Of a stretch of 64,000 bases of DNA, positions 49,480-59,251 are shown one piece after another. The translations under genes and the position numbers were made by a program. The stretch comes from Armatimonadota bacterium. Its GTDB lineage: Bacteria > Armatimonadota > SYMT01. The stretch covers positions 211,161 through 275,160 of the forward strand of contig JAWLHY010000005.1 of the NCBI GenBank assembly GCA_041690135.1, written 5' to 3'. The notes beneath the pieces are model-generated. The model worked only from the letters and a program-made list of their open reading frames with translations. It did not search any database and was not told where the DNA came from. Position 1 is the stretch's first letter, and every line of letters starts with the position of its first letter.

Positions 49480-50438
49480 AACTGCCGGGTGAACTGCTCC
49501 AGCATTACCGCACGGTCGCTCCCGCCCCTGTCGGAATGCAGCAGCTCCCGGTTGATCTCAGCGATATCCTGCACGATCCGTTCGTAGCGATAGTAAGTCA
49601 ATGCCTCCGGGTGGATCTGGGTCGGACCGTAGCCCTCGTAGAACCAGGCTGTCTCCCGGTCGTCGTTCCAAATGCCGCCGACTCCTCCGCCCACGAACAT
49701 CAGGTCCCGCTCTTTGGGAGCAAGGACGAGGGTGTCCCAGTCCACCAGATACAGGCGATTCTCCGTATCGATCAGAACGTTTCCGGCGTGGATGTCGCCA
49801 TGACACAGGCACCACTCTTGTCGTTGTGTGGCCAGAACGCGCGCAAGGTGCTCGGCGCGTGTGAGGATCCGTTCGATGAGGTCGCGCCGGGCTTGGAGTT
49901 GCTGCGCGAGTTCCTGCGCGACCGGGTCCGTGAACGAGCGTCCCGGCAACTGCTGCAAGTCGGCAGCTACGCGGTCGCGCCACTCGGCACTGTAGGTTTC
50001 GCGCGGGAGCCTATCCGTATAAGCGGGCGGCGCTGCGGATGCGTGGAGTGTGCGCAGGGTACGACCCAGCTCAATCCAATGCCGGTGGGACAACTCGACA
50101 TCCCATCCTGAACGGCCCGCCACGAAGGGGTGGAGGATGGCGGTGAACGAGTCCAGCCGGGTTGAGAGGGCCCCCGTGGTGCGGTTGGCCAGGGGCGGAA
50201 TAACCTGTTCGACTCCGGCCCCGCGCAGCCAGTGCGGAATGGCCAGGGTTGCTTCCGGAACATGGCCACGCCGGAGTTTGAGGAAGTAGGCGGTGCCATT
50301 GCGGGCAACGACGCGGTAGGCGGCGGAGTTCACGTCCGCGCCGAGGGGGAGGAATGAGATCTCTCGGATCGACAGACCATAAGCAGCGTGGAGGCAACCG
50401 GCAATTTGCACGGCGGGTATGTTAGGCGGTTCCAGCAT
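49413..50438 (-). CDS. Aminoglycoside phosphotransferase family protein (APH(9)-like)
   Basis: FLPLGADVN, YFLKL, LCHGDIHAGNVL, LVDWD, APKERDLMF; start taken at MLEPP. Confidence 0.85.
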   Translation of the reverse strand: MLEPPNIPAVQIAGCLHAAYGLSIREISFLPLGADVNSAAYRVVARNGTAYFLKLRRGHVPEATLAIPHWLRGAGVEQVIPPLANRTTGALSTRLDSFTAILHPFVAGRSGWDVELSHRHWIELGRTLRTLHASAAPPAYTDRLPRETYSAEWRDRVAADLQQLPGRSFTDPVAQELAQQLQARRDLIERILTRAEHLARVLATQRQEWCLCHGDIHAGNVLIDTENRLYLVDWDTLVLAPKERDLMFVGGGVGGIWNDDRETAWFYEGYGPTQIHPEALTYYRYERIVQDIAEINRELLHSDRGGSDRAVMLEQFTRQFQPGNVVDVALSTDLSFLKFRQ

Positions 50439-50597
50439 CTGCGTATTCTTTGCCCACACACGTGGGGCAGCGCCAGTCGGTTCGACGCCGCACGGACTGC
50501 CGGGGCGGTGAATCTGGATCCGAACCCGGAAGGACAATCCCCGACGGGGTCCAACATGCGGCATCGGGACCGGATATAACGACAGAGCGTGCGTACT

Positions 50598-52760
50598 ATG
50601 CCCGTTACCCGCGCCGCACGACGCCGGAAACGATTGGAAATCTCTGACGCTCCCATGCCCACCTGGTACGACGAAGCCTTTTTCCTGCTCCACTACGAGC
50701 ACACGTTCCCCCACGAGGGGTTCAGTCACCCGTTTCCCGGGGCGGACCGGGACCAGATCACCGCACTGCTCTCGCGGGTCCGGCCGGATGCCGTGCAGTA
50801 TCCCGTCAAAGGACCCTCCGGCTACGTGGCCTACGCCAGCCGCTTCGGCAACGGGTTGCCGGCCTTGAGTTATTACACGGAAGGCCCCGACCTGCTCACC
50901 ACCTGGCGGGAAGTGACCCGCGAACTCGGCATCCGCCTGATCCTGGGGTACAGCGGCTTGATCGACCGTCAGGCCGCCGACACCCGTTCTGACTGGCAGC
51001 GGGTGAATGACCGGGGGGTGGCCTATCCGAACGGAGCGCTCTGCGTCAACGGCGGTTACGTGGAAGAGCTGATGCTGCCCCAGCTGGACGAGATCCTGGA
51101 CAAGTACGAGCCGGACGGGATCTGGGTGGATGGGGACAACTGGACGGTGAGCCCCTGCTACTGTTCGACCTGCGAGTCGGAATACCAGTTGATGCACGGC
51201 CGCTCCGCCCCGCTGCGGCCGGGGTGGGACTACTGGGACGAGTGGCTGCGCTTCCACCGGGACAGCTTCCAGCGGTACGTTGGACGGGTCGCCCGGTACC
51301 TGCACGACCGCAACCCATTCCTGGTGTACGCCACGAACGGCGGGTTTGCCACCCATCAGCCGGAGGCGCCGCCCGGAGGTCCGGACCGCCTCACCTGGGA
51401 TCTCTCGCCGGCCTATTCCCTGCGCCAGGCGGGCCTAGAAGGGCGCTTCTTCGACTCGCGCGGCATTCCCTTTGACCTGATCACCTGGAATCGCTGCAGC
51501 GCCCGCCCGTGGCCCCAGGGCAAAGTGCCGGCTCTCCCTGCCTATCCGAAGACGCTCGACCACCTGAACCAGGAAGGGAGCGTGATCTTCTCCAACGGGG
51601 GGCGGTGGTCCGTGTGGATGACGGTGGGTGCAGAGGGGAACCTGCCGGCAAAGCAGCACGAAACGGTGGCGGAAGTCGCCGAGTTTGCCCGCGCGCGCCA
51701 ACCGTACTGCCAGGAGAGCCAGTCGATCGCCTATGTAGCGATCCTCCATGCCGCGGCCACGCACCAGAAGGCGGGGAACGGCCTCTACGACCCGGGACCC
51801 TCCCTGGACCGGGTCCGCGGGGCGCACCAAGCCTTCCTGGAGTTGCACCACCCGCACGACATCGTTTCGGAAGAGGAGTTGATCCGGCGGCTCGAGCAGT
51901 ATTCGCTGGTGGTACTGCCGGAACAGATCGCGCTTCCGCTCGACCTGGATGGCGTGCTGATGGATTGGGTGTGCCACGGCGGACGCCTGATTGCCAGCGG
52001 CCGGGTCTCGCCACGGCTGAACGAAGCGGTGCCGGTGTTCGCGATGGAGGATGCCCTGGGAGTGCAGTGGACGGGCCAGAAGCTGGATGAGGGGTACGTC
52101 CTGTTCCGCGGTGAAGCGCTCCGGGTCGCCGCGCCGTTCTATCCGGTGGCCCTGAGCGGGGCTTCGATCATGCTGCCGCTACTGCGGGCAGACGGGAGCG
52201 CCGCCCTGGAAGAGAGCGAGCACCCGGCGGTGACCCGCTACACCTATGGCCAGGGCGAGGTCTTCTATATCGCGGGCGACCTCTTCACCGCCTACCAGCG
52301 GAGCCAGTACCCGGGTTTGCGCGCGCTGATCGGGGAGATCGTTGAACAGGCGCTCCCCACCGCGCCGGTCCTCACCGATGCGCCTCCCACGGTGGAAATC
52401 ACCCTGCGGCGTCAGCCCGGAAGGCTGGTGGTCCATTTCGCCAACCACTCCCCCGGCAAGAGCCTGGCCCAGAACAGCGCCTTTATCGAAAAGGTGCCGC
52501 CGACCGAGCCGTTCAGCATCACCCTGGCGCTGGGCGTGGAGCCGGCCGCCGTTCGGCTGCAGCCCGGTGACCAGGAACTGCAATGGAGCTACGCCGAGGA
52601 CACGCTGACGGCGTTCATTCCCTCGTTCCACCTTCACACGATGCTGGCGATCGACCTCTCTGTGGAGGCGGGGCCGGAGACTGCCGCGGAGCCGGCGGCG
52701 GTTGCGGAAGCGGAGGCAACTGCCGGTGAAGAACAGGATGCACAGGATGATCAGGACTAG
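50598..52760 (+). CDS. Glycoside hydrolase (alpha-L-fucosidase/GHL6-like TIM barrel plus beta-galactosidase trimerisation-like domain)
   Basis: KGPSGY..Y.S, YEPDGIWVDG, CYC..C, C-terminal GATase-like region; start may be 50655. Confidence 0.65.
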   Translation: MPVTRAARRRKRLEISDAPMPTWYDEAFFLLHYEHTFPHEGFSHPFPGADRDQITALLSRVRPDAVQYPVKGPSGYVAYASRFGNGLPALSYYTEGPDLLTTWREVTRELGIRLILGYSGLIDRQAADTRSDWQRVNDRGVAYPNGALCVNGGYVEELMLPQLDEILDKYEPDGIWVDGDNWTVSPCYCSTCESEYQLMHGRSAPLRPGWDYWDEWLRFHRDSFQRYVGRVARYLHDRNPFLVYATNGGFATHQPEAPPGGPDRLTWDLSPAYSLRQAGLEGRFFDSRGIPFDLITWNRCSARPWPQGKVPALPAYPKTLDHLNQEGSVIFSNGGRWSVWMTVGAEGNLPAKQHETVAEVAEFARARQPYCQESQSIAYVAILHAAATHQKAGNGLYDPGPSLDRVRGAHQAFLELHHPHDIVSEEELIRRLEQYSLVVLPEQIALPLDLDGVLMDWVCHGGRLIASGRVSPRLNEAVPVFAMEDALGVQWTGQKLDEGYVLFRGEALRVAAPFYPVALSGASIMLPLLRADGSAALEESEHPAVTRYTYGQGEVFYIAGDLFTAYQRSQYPGLRALIGEIVEQALPTAPVLTDAPPTVEITLRRQPGRLVVHFANHSPGKSLAQNSAFIEKVPPTEPFSITLALGVEPAAVRLQPGDQELQWSYAEDTLTAFIPSFHLHTMLAIDLSVEAGPETAAEPAAVAEAEATAGEEQDAQDDQD

Positions 52761-52879
52761 CTGGCAGCATGCTGGGCTTAAGCCTGTTGCGCCTGCGGTA
52801 ACAGCTGGTGCCGTGGGGTGTCAGAACGAATGGCCCGCGCAGTTGCCGGGCCATTCGGCGCTCAGGAGAGAGGCAGGCG

Positions 52880-53671
52880 ATGTTCGATTTATCGGGGCAG
52901 GTGGCATTGGTCACGGGCGGGAGCCGAGGGCTGGGGCGGGAGATGGCGACGGCACTGGCGAAACAGGGGGCGGACCTGGTGATCTGCAGCCGGTCGCAGG
53001 CGGATATCGAAGCAGCGGCGGCGGAGATCGCGGATGCCACCGGGCGTACGGTGGTGGGTGTGGCGGCGGACGTAACGGACCGCACGGAGATCGAGCGCCT
53101 GGCGGGGACGACCCTCGCGCGGTTCGGCCGGGTCGAAATTCTGGTCAACAACGCCGGGGTCGGGCTCCGGAAACCGCTGCTGGAGCTGGCAGACGAGGAC
53201 TGGGCACGTGTGACGCGGGTTTGCCTGGACGGTCCGTTCTATGTAGCGCGGGCGATTGTGCCCCGGATGATCGAGGCCGGTTACGGACGCGTCATCAACA
53301 TCTCCTCATCCCTGGGAGCGATCGCGCTCCCGGAACGCGGCCCCTACTGTGCCGCGAAGGGCGGTCTCCTGCAGTTAACGAAGGTGATGGCCCTGGAGTG
53401 GGCGGAGCACGGGGTGACGGTCAATGCGATCTGCCCGGGGCCGTTCAAGACGCCTTATAACTTGCGGCTGCAGGAGAACCCGGAACTCTACGAATCGTAC
53501 CTGGGCCTGATTCCGCAGCACCGGTGGGGCGAACTGAGCGAGATCCGGTCGGCCGCCGTGTTCCTCGCCAGCCGGGAGGCGAGCTTCGTCACCGGAACGG
53601 CGATCTACGTGGACGGGGGCTGGACGGCCCACGCGGGACTGCCGATGGCGGGCGCCGCGGATCCGGCTTAG
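52880..53671 (+). CDS. Short-chain dehydrogenase/reductase
   Basis: TGGSRGLG, NNAG, YCAAK, PG.F.T. Confidence 0.92.
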   Translation: MFDLSGQVALVTGGSRGLGREMATALAKQGADLVICSRSQADIEAAAAEIADATGRTVVGVAADVTDRTEIERLAGTTLARFGRVEILVNNAGVGLRKPLLELADEDWARVTRVCLDGPFYVARAIVPRMIEAGYGRVINISSSLGAIALPERGPYCAAKGGLLQLTKVMALEWAEHGVTVNAICPGPFKTPYNLRLQENPELYESYLGLIPQHRWGELSEIRSAAVFLASREASFVTGTAIYVDGGWTAHAGLPMAGAADPA

Positions 53672-54673
53672 CTACGGCAGGTTGTCGAGAGACAGGAACA
53701 CTTCTCCCAGCATTGGGTCGAAGTGGGTGCCCAGGTCGGCACGAAGCTCGTCGCGTGCCTGGCCCCGTTTGAAGGCACGGCGGTAGGAGCGGTCGGAGGT
53801 CATGGCCTCGTAGGCGTCGGCGATGGCGATGAGCCGGGAAAGGAAAGGGATTGCCTCGCCGGAGAGACCGTCCGGGTAGCCCTGCCCGTCAATCCGCTCA
53901 TGGTGGTGACGAACGATGGTGGCGACCTCCGCGAGTTGTCCCACCTCCCCCACGATCTGCGCGCTCCGCACCGGGTGCTGCTTGAAGATCGCCCACTCCG
54001 CGGCAGTGAGCTTGCCGGGCTTGAGGAGGATCTGCTCGGGCACGGCGATCTTGCCCACGTCGTGGAGGAGGGCCGCAAACTCCAGGACGTTCAAACGGTG
54101 TGGTGGTAGCCCGATCTCCTGTCCCAGCCGACCGGCCAGGAGGGTGACCCGCTCCGAGTGGGAGGCCGTGTGTGGGTCCTTGGCGTCCACCGCCGCCACG
54201 AGCGCGCGGATGGTGCCCGTGAGAACCTCGCTCGTGAGGCGAGCGGCACGTTCCTGCTCTTGCTGGCGCCGGGCGAAGTTCTGTTCGATGATCCGGGCGA
54301 ACTGCCGCATTTCGAACGGCTTGGTGATGAAATCGAGCGCCCCGGAGGCGATTGCGCTCCGGGCCAACGGAATCTCATCGTGCCCGGTGACCATGATGAG
54401 CGAGAGATCGGGATGAACCCGGTTCAGGTATTCCAGGAGCTCCATCCCCGTGCCTCCCGGCATCTCGTAATCGCAGATGACCAGGGAGTAGGGCCGGCTT
54501 CGTACCCGCTCGCGGGCCTCCGTCACGTTGGACGCCAGGTCCACCGAATACCCGAGAAAGCGCAGCGTGTTCTGCAGCAAACCACGCATGGCCGGGTCAT
54601 CGTCCACGACCAGGATCGGGGCGCTGAGGGGTGTGGGTTCTAGAACTGTTGTCGATTCAGTCTCGATTACCAT
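53672..54673 (-). CDS. Response regulator with HD-GYP phosphodiesterase domain
   Basis: REC (VVDDD, CDYEMPG, KPF); LLHDVGK, HHERIDGQGYPDGL. Confidence 0.92.
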   Translation of the reverse strand: MVIETESTTVLEPTPLSAPILVVDDDPAMRGLLQNTLRFLGYSVDLASNVTEARERVRSRPYSLVICDYEMPGGTGMELLEYLNRVHPDLSLIMVTGHDEIPLARSAIASGALDFITKPFEMRQFARIIEQNFARRQQEQERAARLTSEVLTGTIRALVAAVDAKDPHTASHSERVTLLAGRLGQEIGLPPHRLNVLEFAALLHDVGKIAVPEQILLKPGKLTAAEWAIFKQHPVRSAQIVGEVGQLAEVATIVRHHHERIDGQGYPDGLSGEAIPFLSRLIAIADAYEAMTSDRSYRRAFKRGQARDELRADLGTHFDPMLGEVFLSLDNLP

Positions 54674-55052
54674 TCCCCGTATCCTGATCTCCCGGAGAGC
54701 GGTAGCCGTCGCCGGAAGGGCCGGCGCCTCATAGGCTCCCCCGGTTCCCTCCCAAACAGGTATTCCGCAGGTCGTCCCCCGGGTAAACCGGAATCCAACC
54801 CGCGCGAATGGTGGGTGAGGGTCCGGGTGCAATGTTAAGCTCGGTCGCGCGTCGCACGCCCACTTAACGGCTGCGCAGACGAGGTATTCCGCATGCCTTT
54901 TCGGCACGGGGAGCTCATTCCCAAGGCCCGAAATCCCCGCTTTCAGAAAGCGGATGGAAATGTTGGCCGGGAAGCAGGCTTACGAGGGCACTATTGTCCC
55001 GGTTATTATTGGGAGTTTGCGGGCGAAACTGGAGATCTCCGGAGGCCGAGGA

Positions 55053-55343
55053 TCAAAGCTCGCTGACCGCTACCTTGATGCCAATCGTACGGATCACCGC
55101 GGCCACGCGCTCGCACTCCTCGCGCTCCGCATGGTGAACGATCGACTTTCCCTGGTGGTGGATCTCCCAGGTTTCCATCTCGGCTTCTTCCACGCAGCAG
55201 CCGGTCGCTTTACACAGGATTCCGATCACCTCATCCCAGGTATTGACGTCGTTGTCGAAGACGATGACGATCCATTCGGTGCCGGACCCCGTGCCCGTAT
55301 CAAGAAGTTCCGGGCGCGGGACTTCCAGGGTCTGCTCGGCCAT
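55053..55343 (-). CDS. clpS: ATP-dependent Clp protease adaptor ClpS
   Basis: WIVIVFDNDVNTWDEV, EIHHQGKSIV; SD AGGAGG. Confidence 0.85.
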   Translation of the reverse strand: MAEQTLEVPRPELLDTGTGSGTEWIVIVFDNDVNTWDEVIGILCKATGCCVEEAEMETWEIHHQGKSIVHHAEREECERVAAVIRTIGIKVAVSEL

Positions 55344-55450
55344 TGACTTGGGTCCTCCTATTCCGGCGCGTTCGGGTGCCTCCGGCTGCGGGGTGCGTGC
55401 ACGACTCCACCGACGGTGCGGGCCTGCGGTTTTCCGAATCCCCCTGCTGT

Positions 55451-55738
55451 TCACTCCTCGGGCTCCATCAGCGGAGACAGCACCGCCCGGTCTGCCGGGG
55501 TGAGACTCGCGAACTGCAAACGACAGTCCCGGGCCTCCTGACCCGTACAGGTAACCTCCCCCGCAAGGACGCGTCCCTGAAGGTGCAGGGTGAAGCGCAG
55601 GCGTTCGTAGCGCGGAACTTCCGACTCGACGCGGGCCGTTAGTCCCGTCTCCGTGAAGCGGAGCACTCGCCCGGCCACGGCCCCATCCGGAAGGAAGAGG
55701 GTGAGGCGCTGATCGTTAACACTCGGTTTTTTTGCCAT
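55451..55738 (-). CDS. Small PilZ-like beta-barrel protein
   Basis: GRV..FTETGL...L.F.L.......GEV........LQF..L...DR..L pattern; lacks a clear RxxxR. Confidence 0.5.
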   Translation of the reverse strand: MAKKPSVNDQRLTLFLPDGAVAGRVLRFTETGLTARVESEVPRYERLRFTLHLQGRVLAGEVTCTGQEARDCRLQFASLTPADRAVLSPLMEPEE

Positions 55739-55743
55739 TAGGT

Positions 55744-56616
55744 TCAGGGGGCCCAGAGGACGAGGAGCCAGTAGACCGTCGGGGCCGTGAACATCAGGCT
55801 GTCGAAACGGTCGAGTACGCCGCCATGTCCGGGAATGAAACTGCCGAAGTCCTTGATGCCGATTTCTCTCTTGATGGCGCTTTTACCCAGATCGCCCAAC
55901 TGTGCCACGATGCCGATCAGGCCTGCGGCCGCCAGGGCAAAGGCAACCGGCAGACCCACGAGGCTGGCCGTGATCCCGGCGACCAGGAGGGCCGCGACAA
56001 ACCCACCCACCGAGCCCTCCACTGTCTTTCCGGGGCTCAATACCGGCGCCAGCTTGTGCTTTCCGAGGCTCTTCCCCACGAAGTAGGCGCCTGTATCTAC
56101 CGCGACCGTTACCAGGACGGTGAACAGCAACAACCAGGCTCCCTGGCCGATCTCCGCCATCCACTGTGCCGGGAGCAGCCACCCGAGATGTTGGACCGCC
56201 GTGGGATCGCTCAGGCGGACGCGCAGGGCGAACGGAAAAAGCCAGCCGACGTACATCGCCCCGAGCCAGGTGGGCCCCAGGCTCTTGAGCGGCGCACGGT
56301 CGGTGCGGATCGCCTCCGCCGCTACGGAAGCCATGACCAGCAGGGTGAGCGATAGCCTGAAGATGGTATCCCTATCCGCCAGCGGTGGGGTAGCGCTCAA
56401 CCAGAAAAGAAAACCAGCGAGATAACCGAACCCGTCCCGGGGGTGATAGCCGGCTGCGCGGCAGCCCTGGTAGAGCTCGTGGAGCCCCACCAGGATCATG
56501 GCCAGGACCAGGAACGCGAAGGGCCATCCGTAGAACGGCCAGGCCGTGCCCGGCCAGAGGATGGCGGCGATGAGAAAGGGGGCGCCGAGAACGCCGCTGA
56601 TAATCCGGGTGCGCAT
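55744..56616 (-). CDS. cdsA: Phosphatidate cytidylyltransferase
   Basis: DTGAYFVG, SPGKTVEG, KDFGSFIPGHGGVLDRFDS. Confidence 0.95.
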   Translation of the reverse strand: MRTRIISGVLGAPFLIAAILWPGTAWPFYGWPFAFLVLAMILVGLHELYQGCRAAGYHPRDGFGYLAGFLFWLSATPPLADRDTIFRLSLTLLVMASVAAEAIRTDRAPLKSLGPTWLGAMYVGWLFPFALRVRLSDPTAVQHLGWLLPAQWMAEIGQGAWLLLFTVLVTVAVDTGAYFVGKSLGKHKLAPVLSPGKTVEGSVGGFVAALLVAGITASLVGLPVAFALAAAGLIGIVAQLGDLGKSAIKREIGIKDFGSFIPGHGGVLDRFDSLMFTAPTVYWLLVLWAP

Positions 56617-57836
56617 TACTTGCCCTCCCGCCACCGCGAGTCCAGGGAAAAGACGCGGAACGCCGCCACTCCGGCAGCCAGTAACAAAAACCCCGTGATC
56701 GGGAAAAGCGGTCGGACACCCACGGCGACCGCCAGCGGCCCGCTAGCGAACGGCCCCAGGCAGGCGCCCAGCATCTGCGCGCTGGAAAGCAGTGAGAACG
56801 CTCCGGCGGTCCTCCGCTCTTCAACCGAATGCGCCACCACCGAATGGGTGGACGGGTTCATGGCGGAGGTGAAGGCGCCCATGGCCAGCCGGATCAGGAT
56901 CAGTTGCCAGGCCGCCTGGACCCATGCCGCCGGGGGCGCCGCCAGGCCCGCCCCGATCAGCGCCACGCCCAGTACCAGGGCGTGGCCGCGCCGATCCCCG
57001 AGTTTTCCCCAGACCGGCGCCATGAGGAAACTGGTGAGCGCGGGGGCGGCGATCACCAGGCCAACGATCCGGTTCAGGTCTTCCCGGCCGGGAACGATTT
57101 CTTCGACGAACAGGGAGATCTGCGGGTTGATGAGCATCATGCCGGACTGGCTCAGCAGGACCACCAGCAGCGTCCACTTTAACTGCGGGATGCGGAGCAA
57201 TTCACGCACGTTGTCGGCGACGCCCTTCCGCTCCTCCTCGGAAGGCGGCTGGTGGCGTTCCCGTACGAAGAAGATGATCAAAAGGGCTGCGAGGATGAGG
57301 GCGCCTCCCGTAATGCGGAAGGTGTTCCGGTAGCCGAACTGGTGGCTTAGTTCGCCGCCGATGAGCGGACCCACCAGGTTGCCCGCTACGACGGCGGTCT
57401 GGAGGAAGCCGAGTGCACTGCCCATCCGGGCGCGCGGCACGGAGGTGCCGACCAGCGCGATGGCGGCGGCCACGAATCCTCCCAGCGCGCCCTGGAGCAT
57501 CCGCAGGGCGAAGAGTTGATAGACATTCTGGGCGAAGCCCATCAAGCCTACCGCCAGCGCCAGGCCGAAGAGCGCGCGGATCGCCATCGGTTTGCGTCCG
57601 TAGCGGTCGGCCACGGTGCCCCAGAGCGGCGCGAACAGGGCCGCGCAGAGAAAGTTGGCGCCTCCGACCCAACCGGCCCAGAGATGCACCTGGTTTTCCG
57701 GCACGCGCAGTTCCCGAAGGTAGAGGGGCAAGAACGGCATCACGAGCGACATTCCCATCAGGGCGATCAACTCGGCCAACCAAACGATGCCAACCGTCCA
57801 GATCCAGCCTCTATCCTCGTCTTCTCGCATTCTCAC
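56616..57836 (-). CDS. MFS transporter (MdtG/DHA1-like)
   Basis: PFLPLYL, WGTVADRYGRK, about 12 TM helices. Confidence 0.88.
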   Translation of the reverse strand: MRMREDEDRGWIWTVGIVWLAELIALMGMSLVMPFLPLYLRELRVPENQVHLWAGWVGGANFLCAALFAPLWGTVADRYGRKPMAIRALFGLALAVGLMGFAQNVYQLFALRMLQGALGGFVAAAIALVGTSVPRARMGSALGFLQTAVVAGNLVGPLIGGELSHQFGYRNTFRITGGALILAALLIIFFVRERHQPPSEEERKGVADNVRELLRIPQLKWTLLVVLLSQSGMMLINPQISLFVEEIVPGREDLNRIVGLVIAAPALTSFLMAPVWGKLGDRRGHALVLGVALIGAGLAAPPAAWVQAAWQLILIRLAMGAFTSAMNPSTHSVVAHSVEERRTAGAFSLLSSAQMLGACLGPFASGPLAVAVGVRPLFPITGFLLLAAGVAAFRVFSLDSRWREGK

Positions 57837-59161
57837 TCCGCCGCCTTCAGCGCGGCACCGTCAACCGCTTCCGTTTCGACCCGGGAGACCAAACTCCCTC
57901 CCTCTTGTCCTTCGACCGCCGGATCGCTTGTCGGGATACCCCTGCCTGTGAGCAGGCGAGCCAGCCACACGGCGCCCACCACCGCCGAGATCCCGCCCAG
58001 CGCCAGGGTGAGCTGTGGTACTCCCAGCGTGCCGCTGTCCAACAGGCGGGAGGTCGCCACGCTGGACAGCATCATCGTACCCGTGAACAGGGAAGTCTCG
58101 GCGGCGAAGACCCGTCCCCGGAACCGGTCCTGAACGAGGATCTGGAGCAGCACCGTGCTGAAGACCCAGACGACGGCCCCGTGCATGCGGGCCAGCAGCA
58201 GAAGGAGGCCGGTTATTCCCAGGTTCGGCGCGTGGGCCATCGCCGCGTAGAAGAGCCCGGCCACCACAAAGGAGGTCGCGATAGCCCACCGGATGCGAAC
58301 CAGGTTGCGGCCCGTCACCCGGCGAGCCAGCACCGGGCCGAGGGCCGTGCCGACCCCGCTCGCGGCGAAGAGGATGCTGATGGAGAGCTGCCCGGCTCGA
58401 TCACCCGGGAGTGGAAACAGGCGAGCGCCGTAGATGGGTAGGAGCGTCTGGATGCCGCCCGCCAGCCCCCAACCCATCTTGGCGGTCAGCGCCCACAGGA
58501 TCCCCGGATGCGCGCGGACATACCGGAATCCGTCGAGGAGGTCCCGGAATCCTCGGCTGGTCCCCTCCTGGACGGTAGCCGGCACTCGCATCCGCGCCAG
58601 GAAGAGCGCGGAGCCTATAAACGAGGCGGCATTGAGGACGAACGCGGCGGACGTGCCCAGGTACCGGCCCACCAGCCCTCCCACCAGCGCCCCCGAGGTG
58701 AGCATGAGGCTCCAGGTGACCGAGGAGAGCGCGTTGGCGGTGACCAGTTCTTCTTCTTCGGTGATGTTGGGGAGGGTCGAGATGCGGGCGGGTTCGAAGA
58801 AGGCGGCACAGGCGGCCAGGCCCGCGACACAGGCGTAGCCCACCCACGCGGTATCCGGACCCCGCAGGCCCAGCAGGCCGAGGGCGATGCCCGCGCGCAG
58901 GAGGTCGGCGGCGATCATCACCGACCGGCGGGGAAGCCGGTCGACTACCACGCCCGCGAGCGGGCCTAGAAGGAGCCCGGGCAGCATGCTGGCGACCATG
59001 AACCAGGCCAGGGAAGAGGCCTGGCCGGTGTACTGGAGCAAGAGGGCCTGGATAGTGATCGCGCTGAACCAGTCCCCCAGTTGAGAAACGATCTGGCCGC
59101 CCCAGTACAGGCGGAAGTTCCTGTTCCTCCGGACCAGTTGACCGTAGCTCACCGCGGACAT
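57833..59161 (-). CDS. MFS transporter (DHA3-like)
   Basis: NFRLYWGGQIVSQLGDW, VVDRLPRR, ADLLRA. Confidence 0.88.
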   Translation of the reverse strand: MSAVSYGQLVRRNRNFRLYWGGQIVSQLGDWFSAITIQALLLQYTGQASSLAWFMVASMLPGLLLGPLAGVVVDRLPRRSVMIAADLLRAGIALGLLGLRGPDTAWVGYACVAGLAACAAFFEPARISTLPNITEEEELVTANALSSVTWSLMLTSGALVGGLVGRYLGTSAAFVLNAASFIGSALFLARMRVPATVQEGTSRGFRDLLDGFRYVRAHPGILWALTAKMGWGLAGGIQTLLPIYGARLFPLPGDRAGQLSISILFAASGVGTALGPVLARRVTGRNLVRIRWAIATSFVVAGLFYAAMAHAPNLGITGLLLLLARMHGAVVWVFSTVLLQILVQDRFRGRVFAAETSLFTGTMMLSSVATSRLLDSGTLGVPQLTLALGGISAVVGAVWLARLLTGRGIPTSDPAVEGQEGGSLVSRVETEAVDGAALKAAE

Positions 59162-59251
59162 ACCCGTGCAGTTTAACCCGCGTCAGCGGGCGTGACAGAT
59201 CGCTGCGTTATAATGGAGAGCAACGAGGGGTGATGAGTGGGGAACTGCGAC

